NCBI GenBank assembly: GCA_036785375.1
Contig: JAWMAR010000268.1
Location: 1,860,001 to 1,924,000, forward strand
DNA length: 64,000 nucleotides
Reading direction: 5' to 3'
From: Leucoraja ocellata
Taxonomy: Eukaryota
Shown here: piece after piece, positions 25,087 through 39,225 of the stretch
Position numbering within the stretch: position 1 is the first letter of the stretch
How the letters are laid out: each line of letters opens with the position of its first letter
Notes under the pieces: generated by a model
Database searches by the model: none
Told to the model about the DNA's origin: nothing
What the model saw: the letters and a program-made list of their open reading frames with translations, nothing else
Translations under genes and position numbers: made by a program

Positions 25087-25667
25087 TCATCCAGTTTATG
25101 AAAATTTCAATATAATAAGAACTACATCAAAATGGGGCAGTAGCATTGCTCCCTACCTAAAGATCATTCACCGAAAGAACATTCTAACCGCTGCAAAACA
25201 AGACAAATTATGCCCCAGGATAACTCTCCATAGTTGGTATGTCGAGTGACTTGAATAGAAACACAAAGCAAAGGAATTTCACCCACATGTTCTCATGAAT
25301 CAGCACAAGGTACACACATTTTTCAATTAATACTACAGTCAAACAATATGAAAGAGAAAGACATTGGGTGTAAATTTCTGCCACCCACAGTGATGTGATG
25401 AAATATTTCTCACAAGACAACAAGATGTTTTCCTGACAGCCTGAGATGTTACTGGCTGGGTTTTCACACCCTCTATACTATTTACCACAACCTTTCTGAG
25501 GACTACTTATTTCAGACAGGTGATGGTGAACTTTTGATTTAAAAAAAAAAGTCACAATCTATTTTTCTTTATCCCTTCCTGTCCAATTAAAACTCTCCTT
25601 ATTTGACAATTGCTTTTAAAATTGTCTATGAAAGGGAAAACAGGATCAGAGTTGAAGGTAGCTAACG

Positions 25668-25925
25668 ATAGACATAAAAAGCTGGAGTAACTCAGTGGCT
25701 CAGGCAGCATCACAGGAGAAAAGGAATAGGTGACGTTTCGGGTCGAGACCTTTCTTCAGACTGAGAGTGAGGGGAGAGGGAAACGACTCTCAGTCTGAAG
25801 AAGGGCCTCGACCCGAAACGTCACCCATTCCTTTTCTCCAGAGATGCTGCCTGCCCCGCTGAGTTACTCCAGCTTTTTGTGTCTATCTTCAGTTTGAACC
25901 AGTATTTGCAGTTGCTTGCTACATA
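25668..25925. mobile_element. inverted pair of short Penelope-derived elements with a hammerhead-like core on each strand (in the presumed BRME1 3' UTR)
   Basis: CTGAAGAAGGGCCTCGACCCGAAACGTC at 25795-25822 on +, and an inverted copy at about 25732-25759. Confidence 0.8.
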
Positions 25926-26931
25926 TTGAAGATAACTACATTTCACAAGGTGGGAACCAGGGATCTAATAGAAATGATGCTTGGCCCTCTCTTGTTCATC
26001 ATCTACATAAGTAAAGGTTCAGAAGCAGGAATTTCAACATTTGTGACCAGAACCAAATTGAAGGATGTGAGTCAGACAGAGGACTGGCTCAACACAGGAG
26101 AGTATTAATAAGCCTGAAGAATAAGTGTGCAACTGAATTTCAAAATAAGGCAAGTATGCGATGTATATTATGGCTACATGAATAAGGAGCCCATGCGATC
26201 CTTGGAAAATAATGAGGTGCAGGAAGAGGGATCTGGGATTATAAATACACAAATAAATGCTAACAGTCAATGCAGGCTAATGAATCTCTGCAGCTTATTT
26301 CTGGAGAAGAAACTGGAATGTAAACAACTAACGTTGGGTCTTTCCAGAACAATGCTTCATGAAACTTGGAATGCTGTTTATATTAAATGGAGTTACAAGT
26401 TTTGGTGGTGCGACAAAGATTAGTTAAGATGGTATCGTATTTCAGATAATCAGGAAAGATTGATTATACAGGCTCTTTTCAATAGAAACAGGAGAACTGA
26501 GGGGTGATTATATAATGAAACTTTTGCGAAAGGGTAAATATAGATGTTTCCTCTCGTGCAAGATCTATAAAATAGTGCTTGGAACCAAAGATCATAGAGC
26601 TATAAGATCTTTGCTTGGAACAACGTCAAAGGAGGATTTCAAGGAAATGTACTTACCAGGGGGTGTCTGCAATTTGGAACTTGTGAGCACAAATAGTATT
26701 GAAGTGAGTGGACCTTGTGGGCAATTAGTATTGAAGTGGTCCAGATGCATTTAGAGGGAAGCTTGATAAACACTGGGGAGAAAGGAACAGAAAGATACCT
26801 GGAGATTTAAATGAGACAGAGAGCTTTTAGTGCAGCATAAACTACAAGTGGACATGTTGAGGCAACTGGCCTGTTTCTATGCTGCAAGTACGTCAGCGAC
26901 TATTGTGAACACCAGCAAGCCCCAACTTTTT

Positions 26932-27073
26932 TCACAGATCTTTTCTCTTCAGTAAATACGGTACATTTGCCGCTCCTTTTGGGAAGTGTGGGTGTCTGCC
27001 GGTAGCTCTTGCTTTCCTGGTTTTGTGCCTTTTCATGCTTTCTAGCTCCCGGTGAGTGATCATAATGATACGA
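26932..27073 (-). CDS. BRME1: BRME1 last coding exon (RIIMITHRELESMKRHKTRK...KRKDL*)
   Basis: Acceptor tttctttgcag, phase 2. Matches human RLIMGTHRDLEAFKR. The total CDS is 3267 nt, i.e. 1088 aa plus stop. Confidence 0.92.
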
Positions 27074-30000
27074 CTGCAAAGAAATGACCAAGAAACAGTT
27101 ACAACATTGTACATATATGTAGTTTATAAGATAATATGGTCAATGATTTAACTTTCCAGCTAAATATTCTGGCCAGCCCTGCCTTGTTCAGTCCTTTACC
27201 TCTCTCCAGTACATCCCCCCCAACCCCCACCCCCCCAATCCCACCGCTTTCAGTCTGAGTGGGGTTCCTGACCCGAAGCATCACCCATCCTTTGTCTCCA
27301 GAGATGCCGTGTAATCCGTTGAGTTACTCCAGTACTTTGTGTCTATCTTCGTTATAAACTGGCATCTGCAGTTCTTTCCTACACATCAACCTTCCCAGGC
27401 TGGCTTTGTGTGCAATGCTCACAGCATTCAAACAGAGACTGCGGATTTCAACACCCACCTTCAGCACGGACATTGTGGGCCGAATGGCCTGCTTCTGTGC
27501 TATACTGTTCAATGTTCTATATGACTGCAACTAATAAGGCAAATAATGTTATAAAAGATACAAAGTTCTGGAGTAACTCAGCATGTCAGGCAGCATCTCT
27601 GGAGAACATGGTTGGATGACATTTTGGATCAGGATCCTTGTTTGTGTCTTATTTTATAAACCAGCATCTGCATTTCCTTGTGTCTGGCAGTATGATGGTT
27701 TAGTTTAGTGATATAGCGTGGAAACAGGTCCTTTGGCCCACCTAGACCGTGCCGACCAGCGAGTCACCTATAGACTAGTTCTGTCTTACACACTAGGGCT
27801 AACTTACAAAAGCCAACTAACCCTGCACGTCTTTGGAATGTGGGAGGAAACCGGAGCACCCGGAGAAACCCCACAAGGTCACAGGGAGAACGTACAAAAT
27901 CTGCACAGACAGCACCAGTGGTCACGCTCGAATCTGGGTCTCTGACGCTGTAAGGCAGCAACTCTATGTTTAGTAAAATACCTAAAGTTCTGCTGAACAA
28001 GAACTGTAAGTTCCTTTGGTCCTTGCTCAACAAAAAACACCAAGGACATGTTAGCAGGTCACTTGTGTTTTATTTATTTACATTATGGCCACCGCACTTT
28101 ACTGTTAGTTAACTGTTCACCAAGATTTCCTATCCAGATGGTAATCCTGCATTCTGCGGTGCTTGTGTGGAGGAGACATTAGCTTTAATTCCAAGGAATA
28201 ATAAACCACTAGGCTTTTTATGGAAGAACATTAAGCACTTCACCTCATCATGCTGCAGAATAATCAAGGAAGAAACATCCATACAGACTGTACTTTATGA
28301 AGGAATTCATGTTTCATTTGAACTCGATGATCTGAAGTTAAATGCAATACCCCTTCAGAAACGCAAACATGCCTTGGCCTGAAGTAAAGACACAAAGTGC
28401 TGGAGTAACTCAGCGGGTCAGGCAGTAACTCTGGATAATATAGACATGCGATGTTTCGAGTCAGGACCCTTCTTTGGACGTATGAAGTAGAGTCCCGATT
28501 CAAAACGTCACCTATCCATGTTCGCCAGGGATGCTGCCTGACCCGCTGAATTATTCCAGCACGTTGTGTCGTTTTTTTGTGTTGCAGCATCTGTTTCTTG
28601 GTTTATGTGACAGTCCAGGACAGGTTAAACAACTCTGCGATTTCTTACAGTCTTGTGTGGAGCTGTTTTCAAACCATGCTGTGTTGCCGGTAGTTACTGC
28701 AAACAGCTTTGTTTTAATTCCAGATTTTATTGAGTGTTATCACTTGAGTGTGATCCAGAGTGTTATTCCAGACTTGAGTGTTATCTCCTCTGGTGGGAAT
28801 GTTCTACCAGTTGCCCTTTCACTGCTATGGGGTTTCCAACGCTGCAGAAACACATATAAAAGTCCAGATGCAACTTGCAACCTCGTGCCTGAATGACGGC
28901 CGTGCTGGCTATTACCTCTATTGAACATAATTAGGGTGTACGGGGTGTTGACAAGTAAAGAGTCAAAGAAATAGAAGGTGAAACTGATCATTTGTTCCTT
29001 TAATAGGGGAATTGCGAATGGAACAAATGTCCTCAGACTCTTGTTCTCGTTAATTCCTCTTCTTCAAATAAAAATTTATTTTACGAGCTAATTACCTCCT
29101 ACCTTTTTACTTTCCTCCCCGGCATAATCTCTTCCTGGCATTACTCATACTGTGAGATTACTGTAACAAAATTGGCCACATCTAGTGCTGCTTTTGGCTG
29201 GCTACTTGAATGCGTACAAGAGCAAGCATTGAGTAAGGGGGTCGGATTCCCTCACCCATGGAATTGCTTGGCCCGTGCACAGTTTCCCCCGACACTGAGC
29301 CTGTATGTGAACTGGCAGCCCAAATACTCCAGATAACATACATATTTCCTTAAAAGTAATCGCACAGCATTCCCTTAGGTCTCCAGTGATTTAAATTTGT
29401 GTGTAAAATATGGATTTGAGCACAAACATACCTCCTTTGGTTCATTCTATATACCCACCACTTCCCATTAAATCTTTCCCCTCTAACCTAAAACCTATGT
29501 CCTCTGATTTTGATTCCCCTACTCTAGATGAAAGACTGTGCATCTACCCCATCTATTCCCCTCATGAGCTCACACACCTTTATAACTGATCATAGATTTA
29601 TACCTAAGATAGACACAGAAAGCTGGAGTAACTCAACGGGACTAATGGTAGCATCTCAGGAGAGGAGTAATGGGTGACGTTTCAAGAATCTTCTTCATAC
29701 CTTCTCTCCAGAGATGCTGGCTGTCCCGCTGAGTTACTCCAGCTATTTGTGTCTATCTTAGGTATAAACCAGCATCTGCAGTTCCTTCCTACACAGAATT
29801 ATATATGTCTTGCATGGAGGGGTCAGCAGCAACTGGCCTCATAGGTAGATCTGCTAACACATGATTGATGCGTTCCCAAGGATCTCAGCGGGACAGGCAG
29901 CATCTTTGGAGGGATGGGTGACGTTTCAAGAACCTTCTTCATACCTTCTATCCAGAGTATTATAGAAAATCGTGTTAGAAAGATAATTTTGTCAATGAGG

Positions 30001-30914
30001 GAAAAGGGATCAGGAGTTAGAAAGTCACAATAACAAAGTTATTTTGTTTAGGAAGGAACTGCAGATGCTGGAAAATCAAAAGTAGACAAAAGTGCTGGAG
30101 AAACTCAGCGGGACAGGCAGCTACCAGAAATTGGCTACCAGAAATTGGAGAATTCAATGTTTATGCCGCAAGGGTGCAGACTGCCCAAGCGGAATATGAG
30201 GTGCTGCTCCTCCAATCTCTGGTGGTGCTCACTCTTGCCATGGAGGAGGCCCAGGACAGAGAGGTCGGATTCGAAATGGGAGGGGGAGTTGAAGTGCTGA
30301 GACACCGGTTCGGAATGGGAAAAATAAAGTTATTTTTCCTGCAGGATTTAAAAAAACATAAAGGTCATTTCAATAGCAGTAAGTTTTCTTTGGGTTACTG
30401 CAAGGTAAAATACCAAGGGTTGTACATTGTTCAACAGAATATCATTGCATAAGTGTCAATTGAAGTGATTGCCTGTTAATTTCAATGGCCCGCGGTTAAA
30501 GTAGCAACTGTGTAGTTAAGAGACTGATTACCGCAGGGAATAATTTCCACCCCTAAACTGTTGAAACCTTTTTTTTCTGATTGTCAATTTCCAAAGTAAC
30601 TTTTAAGTGGTTCGCTATTTGTCGATCAAAATTATGTTGTGACCAATATTTGGACTGCTTGATACAAACAGTGTTCCTGGATTCATAACCCATGTTACAA
30701 TAGAATTACCTCACAGTCATACAGCATGGAATGACTCAGCCCAAACCGCCCATGCCAACTGCCCTTCTACACTAATCCCACCTGGCTGCATTTGCCTCAT
30801 CTCTCTCAAAACCTTTCCTCTCCATGCACCTGTCCAAATATCTTTTCAATGTGGTTATAGTATCTGCCTCAACTACCTCCTCCGGCAATTCATTCTATAT
30901 TCATTCATTCATTC

Positions 30915-31512
30915 ACTGGCTCATCTCCAGTTGGTTCAGAATGCTGCTGCTCGCCTTTTAACAGGGACTCGAAAGAGGGAGCACATATCGCCAATTCTGG
31001 CCTCCCTACACTGGCTCCCGGTGCACTTTCGAGTTCATTTTAAGATACTGTTATTTGTTTTTAAATCTTTGAATGGGCTCGCCCCGCCTTACCTCTCTGA
31101 GCTGCTCCACCCATACGCTCCTGCCCGGTCCCTCAGGTCAGCTGGTCAGCTGCTCCTGGAGGTACCGAGGTCTAGTCGGAGGCTCAGAGGGGATAGAGCC
31201 TTCTCTGTTGCTGCTCCGGCACTCTGGAACACCCTGCCATTGCACATCAGGCAGGCCCCCTCACTGTCCATCTTCAAATCCAGTGTTAAAACACATTTGT
31301 ACTCCCTGGCTTTTGACCATGCCTGAGGCTTTGCTTCTGTCTGTGGTGTTTTTGATGTTTCTTTATTTTACATGTCTTTTCCTACTATTTCTTTTGATTG
31401 TTATTTTTGGTGTGTATTCACTTTTGTGTCAATGATTAGTGATGTACAGCACTTTGTTGCAGCTATGTTTGTTTTTAAAGTGCTCTATAAATAAAATTAT
31501 TATTATTATATT
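30915..31512 (+). mobile_element. L2-clade LINE 3' end with an uninterrupted ORF2 C-terminus, nested in a CR1 relic
   Basis: VQNAAARLLTG...HISPILASLHWLPV...FSVAAPALWNTLP...KTHLY; 3' UTR ending in AATAAA and (TAT)n. CR1 (-) sequence on both sides (about 30715-30900 and 31515-31830). Confidence 0.9.
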
Positions 31513-31988
31513 ATTTACCCACTATATACCCACAGTGTGAAAAAGTTGCCCCTCGATTCCCATTAATTCTTTCCTCTCTCACCTTAAACCCATATCCTCT
31601 GATTCTTGATTCCCCTACTCTGGGTAAAAGACTGCACATCTACCTTATCTATTGCCCTCATGATCCTTATACCACTATAAAATCACTCCTCATCCTCCTA
31701 CGCTCCATGGAATACAGTCCTAGCATGCCCAATCTCTTCCTAGAGCTCAAGCCTTCGAGTCCTGACAACGTGCTCGTAAATCTTCTCAACACTCTTTCCA
31801 GCTTAACAACATTTTTCCAATAGCAATATAAAGTGTTAACAGAACACGATTCACTGTTAAAAGAACTGTGATCATATTTATACTGGGTGTTTCATCTGCA
31901 CCATTTGCACAGAATTCTAAGCAGTTGTATAAAATGTTGAATTACGTACCACTGTTGGAATGCTTTCAAATGCATAAACATTACTCAC

Positions 31989-32078
31989 TTGATTTTGGAA
32001 AGTTCATTAATGAGCCCACAGACGACATGTGTGGCATCTTCCTCTTCTGCAAAAGAAAGGGACTGCCAATCTGCCTCA
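31989..32078 (-). CDS. BRME1: BRME1 coding exon 8 (EADWQSLSFAEEEDATHVVCGLINELSKIN)
   Basis: AG acceptor and GTGAGT donor, 90 nt. Matches the human MEILB2/HSF2BP-binding helix EDATNVVRGLIVELSNLN. Confidence 0.92.
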
Positions 32079-32826
32079 CTGCAAGCACATCAAGAGCAGA
32101 CACATTTAGATTGCAGCAACACTCACTAAGGTCACCAATACTGAATCTGACAAGAACTATTAGGGGCAATTTTCAACTCCTGACCTCTTGCCTTATTTCC
32201 TGGTTGGCAGACAAAAATTGGGAGAACGAGAAATGGCAGAACTACTCGGGGATAATAAGAGCCACATCCTCACAGCGCCAGAGACCCGGGTCGATCCTGA
32301 CCTCGGGTGCTGTCTGTGTGGAGTTTGCACGTTCTCCCAAGGGAGAAATGTCAAATACTACAGGAGATAGCTTTAAGATGAGAAAGGAAAATTTGGATGG
32401 AGACGTGCGAGAGGTTTTCTTTCCCCACATAGAGAGTGGTAGATGCCTGGGACATGCTACCAGGTGGCAGTGATTGGGGCACAATGGTGTAAGCAGACAC
32501 GATAGTGACAATTACGTGGCCTTTAGTCAGGCAGATGAAAATTCAGGGAATGGAGGGATATAGATAACGTAACAGTTGGTATTGGTTTAATTTGGCATAA
32601 TGGTCGGTACACACATCATGGGCCGAAGGGCCTGTTCGTAACTGCACTGCTCTATATTCTACAATCAAAACTAACCTTGTAGGAATTAGATCGAGTCTTC
32701 CCTGTAAGCGGAACTATAGAATTTGTATGAAATTTAAATCAGACACAAGGGAACGCGATAGCAATGTACTAACAAGCTCAAGTTGTGCTTTTTAATTAAA
32801 AATCATGGTTAGTGTTTTACTAATAC

Positions 32827-32956
32827 CTTAAATGGAGGTCTTCCAACTCTGATGAGAAATTAGCATTATCCTGAGGGGCAATGAGCAGTAAATCATCCTT
32901 CATATCCTTGTTATCCGTCACTGGTTTAACGAGTTCCAATCCATAACCTTTATCAT
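32827..32956 (-). CDS. BRME1: BRME1 coding exon 7 (DDKGYGLELVKP...ELEDLHL)
   Basis: Acceptor ctgcttcatag, donor AAG|GTATTA, 130 nt, phase 1->2, open. Confidence 0.75.
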
Positions 32957-33229
32957 CTATGAAGCAGATATGAGTTAATTCTTTTAATTAGTAATTACAA
33001 TAGCTTTCTGTACATTTACAATTCTAGAGATTGCCTGACTGAAAGTTTATATTCCATATATCCAGAGCCAAGGCAGCCACTCTGTTAACACTTCACTAAA
33101 TTATGTAACATGAGCAAATAATCAAAATATGTGTTCGTTATCTCTCTGATTGAGTTCCAACATATCCAGAGACAATGAAGTTTCTGCATCAGATGTTTAA
33201 ACATTTACACCTATAAAGTCTAATGTATA

Positions 33230-33417
33230 GGGTAGACAAAAATGCTGGAGAAACTCAGCGGATGCAGCAGCATCTATGGAGCGAAGGAATAGGCAACGTT
33301 TCGTCCCGAAACGTTGCCTATTTCCTTCGCTCCATAGATGCTGCCGCACCCGCTGAGTTTCTCCAGCATTTTTGTCTACCTTCGATTTTCCAGCATCTGC
33401 AGTTCCTTCTTAAACAA
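33230..33417. mobile_element. palindromic short Penelope-derived element
   Basis: Inverted arms centred on GTTTCG-TCC-CGAAAC. Degenerate flanking direct repeat AAGTCTWATGTAYAGG. Confidence 0.85.
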
Positions 33418-33542
33418 GTCTTATGTACAGGTAGGTTTAGGTTTTTGGATATGTACAATCAAAGACTTGAAAGAAAATTGTGAAACATGTTGCATAAAAA
33501 ACAATGAATAAACATAGACTTTAATCCAAACATAAGCATTAC

Positions 33543-33579
33543 CTGGATGAACCATGCCCGGAATGCATTTGGAAAGAGT
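33543..33579 (-). CDS. BRME1: BRME1 coding exon 6 (TLSKCIPGMVHP), 37 nt
   Basis: Acceptor ttttcattttgtttcag, donor CAG|GTAATG. It supplies the phase 0->1 link needed between exons 5 and 7. Confidence 0.75.
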
Positions 33580-35329
33580 CTGAAACAAAATGAAAAATGT
33601 TAGTGAAATATCAAAGAACCTGTACAAAAAGGAGCTGCATTTATTGGCTGAGTAAGAGATACAGAAATTTGAAAATGTATGCCTCCAGATTTACGAACAG
33701 TCCCTTCCCTAACAGGCAGTTTCTCAAACAGTTCAGTCCCGTATAGGAAACGTGAAGAAGGGTTTCGGCCCCCAAAACGTTGCCTATCTCCTTCACTCCA
33801 TGGATGCTGCTGCACCCGCTGAGTTTCTCCAGCATTTTTGTGTACCTGTGACAGTACTCTCCACAGCTAAAGTGCAGGACTGACCTCCCATCTACCTCTC
33901 GAACTATCTTAATCGGACTTGAGTGCTATATTTTTGCACTAATGGACTCTTTATCTTTGCACTGATGGTATTCATGCCCTGCCTTATCTTTCACTGCTTA
34001 GCATGCAAACAAAAGCTTTTCACTGTACCTCGGTACACATGGCAATAATAAACTAAACTCTGATGCAGCAAAACCAAGTCAGATTCAGCACTGAGCATCA
34101 TCCACCCATTTATACCGATTCTACTTTTATTCTCCCATTCCCTTCAAACTCCGCTAGATTCTACCACTCACCCACACACCAGGAAGGATTCACAGTGATT
34201 AATTAAGCCACCAACTATCTCTGGGTAGTGGAGGGAACGAGCACCTGTTGGAAAGTCACACTTCTCAAGATCGTTAAAACATCCACACCTAGGTCACTGA
34301 AGCTGGTGAGGTAACTGCTCCACCCCACACTGCATCAAAAGGAGGTGACGGGGATTTACACAGTTAGAGGTAATTCATGCATTAAATAGTGATGAAGGAA
34401 TTAGTCCTATAACAATGTAAATGCACTCAGAAATATTTGCTTTGGTTGTTATTTGCAAATTAATAAATCATTTCATTTATTTTGGTTTAGTTTTGTTGCG
34501 AGAAGCACCTTGTCTTTCGGAGCACCTTGAGTTCAGCAGGTCAGGATTAACTCAGCAGGTCAGGCAGAATCCCTGAAGAACATGGATAGGTGATGTTTCA
34601 GGTCAAGACCCTTCTTCAGACCTTGGGTTCCTCATCTGAAGAAGGCTCCTGACCCAAAATCTTCATCTGTTCATTCCTTCCTCAGATCAAACAGGCAGCG
34701 GTGGAGTTGCTGCCACACAGCACCAGAGACCCGGGTTCGATCCTGATTATGGGTGCTGTCTGCCTGGTGTTTGTATGTTCTTCCTGTGACCTGCGTGGGT
34801 TTTCTACGGGTGCTCCAGTTTTCTCCCACACTTCAACGACATACAGGTTTGTAGACTAATTGGCTTTTGTAAAATTGTCCCTAGTGTGTGTAGGATAGTG
34901 TTAGTGTACGGAGTGATCACTGGTTGGTGCGGACTTGGTGGACGAAGGGCCTATTTCCATGCCTTATCTCTAAACTAAACAAAATAATGAAGAACAAAAT
35001 ATTCATTTACAATATTTTAGATTAGGAACCAGATGAATTATTGCGTTTAAGTCTGGGTTTTATCATAAGCAATGTACATAGTTAAAAAAATCATGCTAAT
35101 GAGTTAATTTGTCTTTGGTTGTTAATGCTGATTATATGATTATATATGCCTCCATATATTAATCTTCATCGATTTGATGATATGGAGATGGATCCAATCA
35201 ATAGCTGTATTTTTGCATGTGGTTTGTGTCAGAAAAATGTCATGCTTTTTCACAGAGGACTTTGAGGGATTATGGCTGAAGGTGTATAATATAGTAAAAT
35301 TATTAATAATTGTTAATAAAATCATTCAC

Positions 35330-37768
35330 CTCACAATTGGTACTGTGGTGTGCATTTTGCTCACTTTCATCCTTTTGTTTCACAGTCCAAGATGCTGTCA
35401 CATGTTGAGAATTAACCCTCTCCTGAGCCATAGTGGAGGATCTTTCTTTGGCTTTCTTATGAACAGAAGCAGCAGCTGCTGATTCAACACTTGAAGTTGG
35501 TAACGTCATTGAAAGGTCTCCATCATGCCTTACTGTGAAATCCTCAGCTTGATGTTGCGAGGAAGCTACTGAAATGGTTGTTAGATTTTGACCACTTCTA
35601 GGTAACGTATTGTTGTCTCCAGCTGCCAGGTCACAACTCACTTGCAAATCCATCTCTTCCACAGAAAAAAACGTCTGATTAAACATATCAGACTTATCTA
35701 CATCTTCTTCCTTAAGATGGACTCTGTGTTCTTCTGCAATATCATTCTCATCTCTGTTTACACCCCCACACTCCATGCTTCCTCCATCTTGATTCTGTTT
35801 CTTTTCTTCTTGATGACAACCATCAACATCACCGTCTATTCCATCGCCAGATATCTGTGAAGATGCTGTAACGTCCTCGTTCTTTGTTTCACTGCTGACA
35901 TCCTGCTGAATTTCCTTTCTGTTTAAATCTACCGCATCTGAATCTTCAATGGCACTCATGTGGCATCCAATCTGGAAGCCCTGGTTAGCCTGCGATGACA
36001 ATTTATTACAAATGACTTCTTTAGTGGTGGCCAATGACATGTTATTGATTATCTGGTCTCCTGCATCCTCTGTTCCTTTTCCATTACATTTATCACTAAA
36101 ATGTATCTGATAACTATTTACTTCAATATCAGGAATAACTTCTTCATTGTTGACAGGATGGGCAGGTGTTTGCGAAAGGTTGATATTTATATTTTGCAGT
36201 GTTTTCTCTGAGATTTGTGATCCTCTTTCCAAATCTACATCCCCTACAGAACCATTGCTGTTTTCTGCACACACCTTAAAAGCCACAGGGCTTTTGGACA
36301 CATCGGCCTCCGAACAAATGAGTGCTGAGTTGGCCAACTGAGTTCCAAAAAGGGTTGACTCATTAGATCCAACACATCGTTCTCCTGGTCTGCCTTGTCC
36401 AAATGAATCACACTTCTGGTCTCCAGTGTCCGTTGATATAGCACCACTGTCATGGGTTTCACTTAATGCTTCCTGGATTAGCAGTTTTGTTTCTTCATCA
36501 GCACTGTGGCAATTTATGGAATTGCACCCCTCTATATTATCTCCACAACCATGAATGGTTTCATAAGAATTCTGGGTGATCTCCTGATGTTCATGGCTTC
36601 TGGCTATGTCTGTTTCTGCTTGATCACTGGGATGTATCTCAGACACACTCTCCGTCCTTTTAACTTCTGAAAAGCATTGGCTCAGCTGCTCTTGAAGTTT
36701 AACATCTTGACCACCCGAGTCTCTGTGGAGAATTAGACGGTCGATCATAGAGGGGGCTGGAACATTCATGTCAGACCAGTTGCTGTTAGAGCCATTTTGA
36801 GATTCAAAGTTCATCAAGAGACGATTTCTCACCGAGTTGGGCGACTCTGGCATTTTCGCATTTACATTCCGACATTTATCCCTTACATCAGGCTGAGAAT
36901 TAATTTGACACTTGTCCATTACGTTAGGCTGAGAATTAATGCTGTAGCTCTCCAGCTGATTTTCAGCCTTAGTATCAAGTGAAAGGCCAACAGGCTGTGA
37001 ACATTTTGTCCCCTTTAGGTCACCAGTCAGATTCATTTGCACAAGCAGTTCTTGTTCTTGTTTGTTAACCTCTGAGACTTCACATACTACATGACGAGTC
37101 TCCTCTATACAAGTAATGTCCTTTAATTCTTCAGGGGCAAGCACACTGCTTTCAACATTTTTGTCAGCATTCTTACTGATTTCGAGAGCCCACTTTGATT
37201 GTTTATTTTGGGATGCTACTTCCTCATGGGTGACTGGCACTTTATCAATTGTTTCCTGGTTAAAATGGTGCAACAGTTCATTGTTAGGCTCTCCCTTGAC
37301 GATAGAGGTGCTTAAGTTCTGTGTTTTGCACTCTGTTTGAGTTAATGGCTCAAATGCTGTGCTATGAGCTACTGGGACTGGAGTGCTGCAAAGTGCATCC
37401 ATTTCATATTGATGGCTGCCCAGTTTGCTACTGTTATTCTTTCCTTCAGTAACATCAGGATTTATGGGATTGGAGTAGCACATTAGCCCTTCAATGGAAT
37501 GATCTACAAAGTCTGTTCCCACTTGCATTGTTGAATGTGATACACAGTTGTTGCTTCCTTGTTGAATGCAGTTGTCATTTGTAAAAATCTCCTGCTGCAT
37601 GTTCCCTGACACTTTAGAATCGAGATGACTTGCGTCAGAGGCAAACTGTTCTGAAGGCTGTTGCGATGCCTGCTCTTGGTGTTTGGTAGTAGCCAGACTG
37701 AATCCTGAACCCTCGAGGACCACACCATGTGATCTGTCATCTCCTTCCGTTTTACTGATGTTTGAGCT
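35330..37768 (-). CDS. BRME1: BRME1 coding exon 5, large acidic/disordered exon (813 codons)
   Basis: Corresponds to ORF 35303..37816. Acceptor tcattatttaag, donor GAG|GTGAAT, 2439 nt, phase 0->0. S/E/D/Q/N-rich composition, like the central BRME1 exon. Confidence 0.88.
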
Positions 37769-39126
37769 CTTAAATAATGAAGAAAAATTAAATAAGGACA
37801 CGTCTAATGCATTCATTTACATTCTATAGCTGGAATACATCAATATTTGTTTTATATTTAGGAAGGAACTGCAGGTGCTGGTTTACACCAAAGATAGACA
37901 CAAAAGCTGGAGTAGCTTAGTGGGTCAGACAGGATCTCTGGAGAAAAGGAATAGGTGACATTTGGGGTCAGGACCCTTCTTCAGACTTAAAAAAGGGTTT
38001 TGACCTGAAACGTCACCTATTTATTTTCTCCAGAGATGCTCCCTAACCCGCTGAGTTTAGTTTAATGATAAAGTGTAGAAACAGGCCCTTCGGCCCACCG
38101 GGTCTGCGCTGACCAGTGATCCCCGCACATTAACTTTCTTACGCAACTAGGGACAATTTATATTTATACAAAGCCAATGTATGGCTTTAGAGTGTGGGTG
38201 GATACCGAAGATACTCCGTACAGGCAGCACCCATAGTCAGGATCCAACCCGGGTGTCCAGCGCTGCCAGCAGCGAGTAAGGCAGCAACTCTACCGCTGCA
38301 CCACCATGCTGCCCTCCAGCATTCTGTGCCTATGTTTGTTTCATGTTATTGTCCTACATATGATTTTGCTTTGTGGTTTATTTTGTTATTTTACACAAAG
38401 GGATACAATAAATGAACCTAAAATTTACAGAAAACCTTCCAAGAGTACAGTCTGATGAGATCTCTTCCACTGAATATACAGGTACCATCGTTCTGAGTTT
38501 CAGAAAGGAAATGCATCACAGGCCAACTGAAGTCTTTGGAAGGCTGCAGTTACTCAAATCAATGGGCCAGCTGGTAAGAGTACCGCATGGGGTATTATCA
38601 TGATACAATTCGGATTCAGTTCTTCATCTATGTTAACTTTGCTGATCTCAGCCAAGTCAGTGAAAGGTATACAATGCAACTTTTAAAGATCAGGCTGAAG
38701 AAAGGAATAAAACACAAACATCTGGAAATATTCTGCTACGGGCTGCGGAGAAACAGAGATAATGGTTCAGTTAATGACCTGAAAAATAGTATTCCAATTA
38801 TCATTCTGTGACACAAAGGGGTGGTGGGTGTACGAAACGAGCTGCTGGAAGAGGTAGTTGAGGCAGGGACTATCACAACGTTTAAGAAGCAATTTGACAG
38901 GTACATGGATAGGACAGGTTTGGAGGGATATGGGCCAAATGCAGGCGTGAGACTACACTAGTAGGCAAACTAAAATCTTCAGAATATTTCCAATAATTGA
39001 GATCAAAGAAATACAAACTCTGACATGACCTACTGGTCAATTCATTGACATATATCTATATATAAAAGCAGATATGATACAACTAGTATTATAATGCCAT
39101 CCCATGAAACAAGTGCAGCAAAATAC

Positions 39127-39225
39127 CTCTTTGCTTGTCTTCTGCAGAACATTCTTCAATGAATCACTGCGCGTAAGTCGATTTTTTGGCTTTGGAAAGA
39201 CGGGGACATATCTTCCAGCTGAATT
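39127..39225 (-). CDS. BRME1: BRME1 coding exon 4 (NSAGRYVPVFPKPKNRLTRSDSLKNVLQKTSKE)
   Basis: AG/GT bounded, 99 nt, phase 0->0. Matches the human motif NSFGRFVPQFAKSRK. Confidence 0.88.

Noticed and set aside
35140-35275. Possible BRME1 exon just after the large exon
   Set aside because: It would need an intron of about 55 nt and gives an immediate stop in the required phase.
38428-38492. Possible extra BRME1 exon
   Set aside because: Weak donor, and its phase-2 start is incompatible with the phase-0 end of exon 4, which joins the large exon directly.
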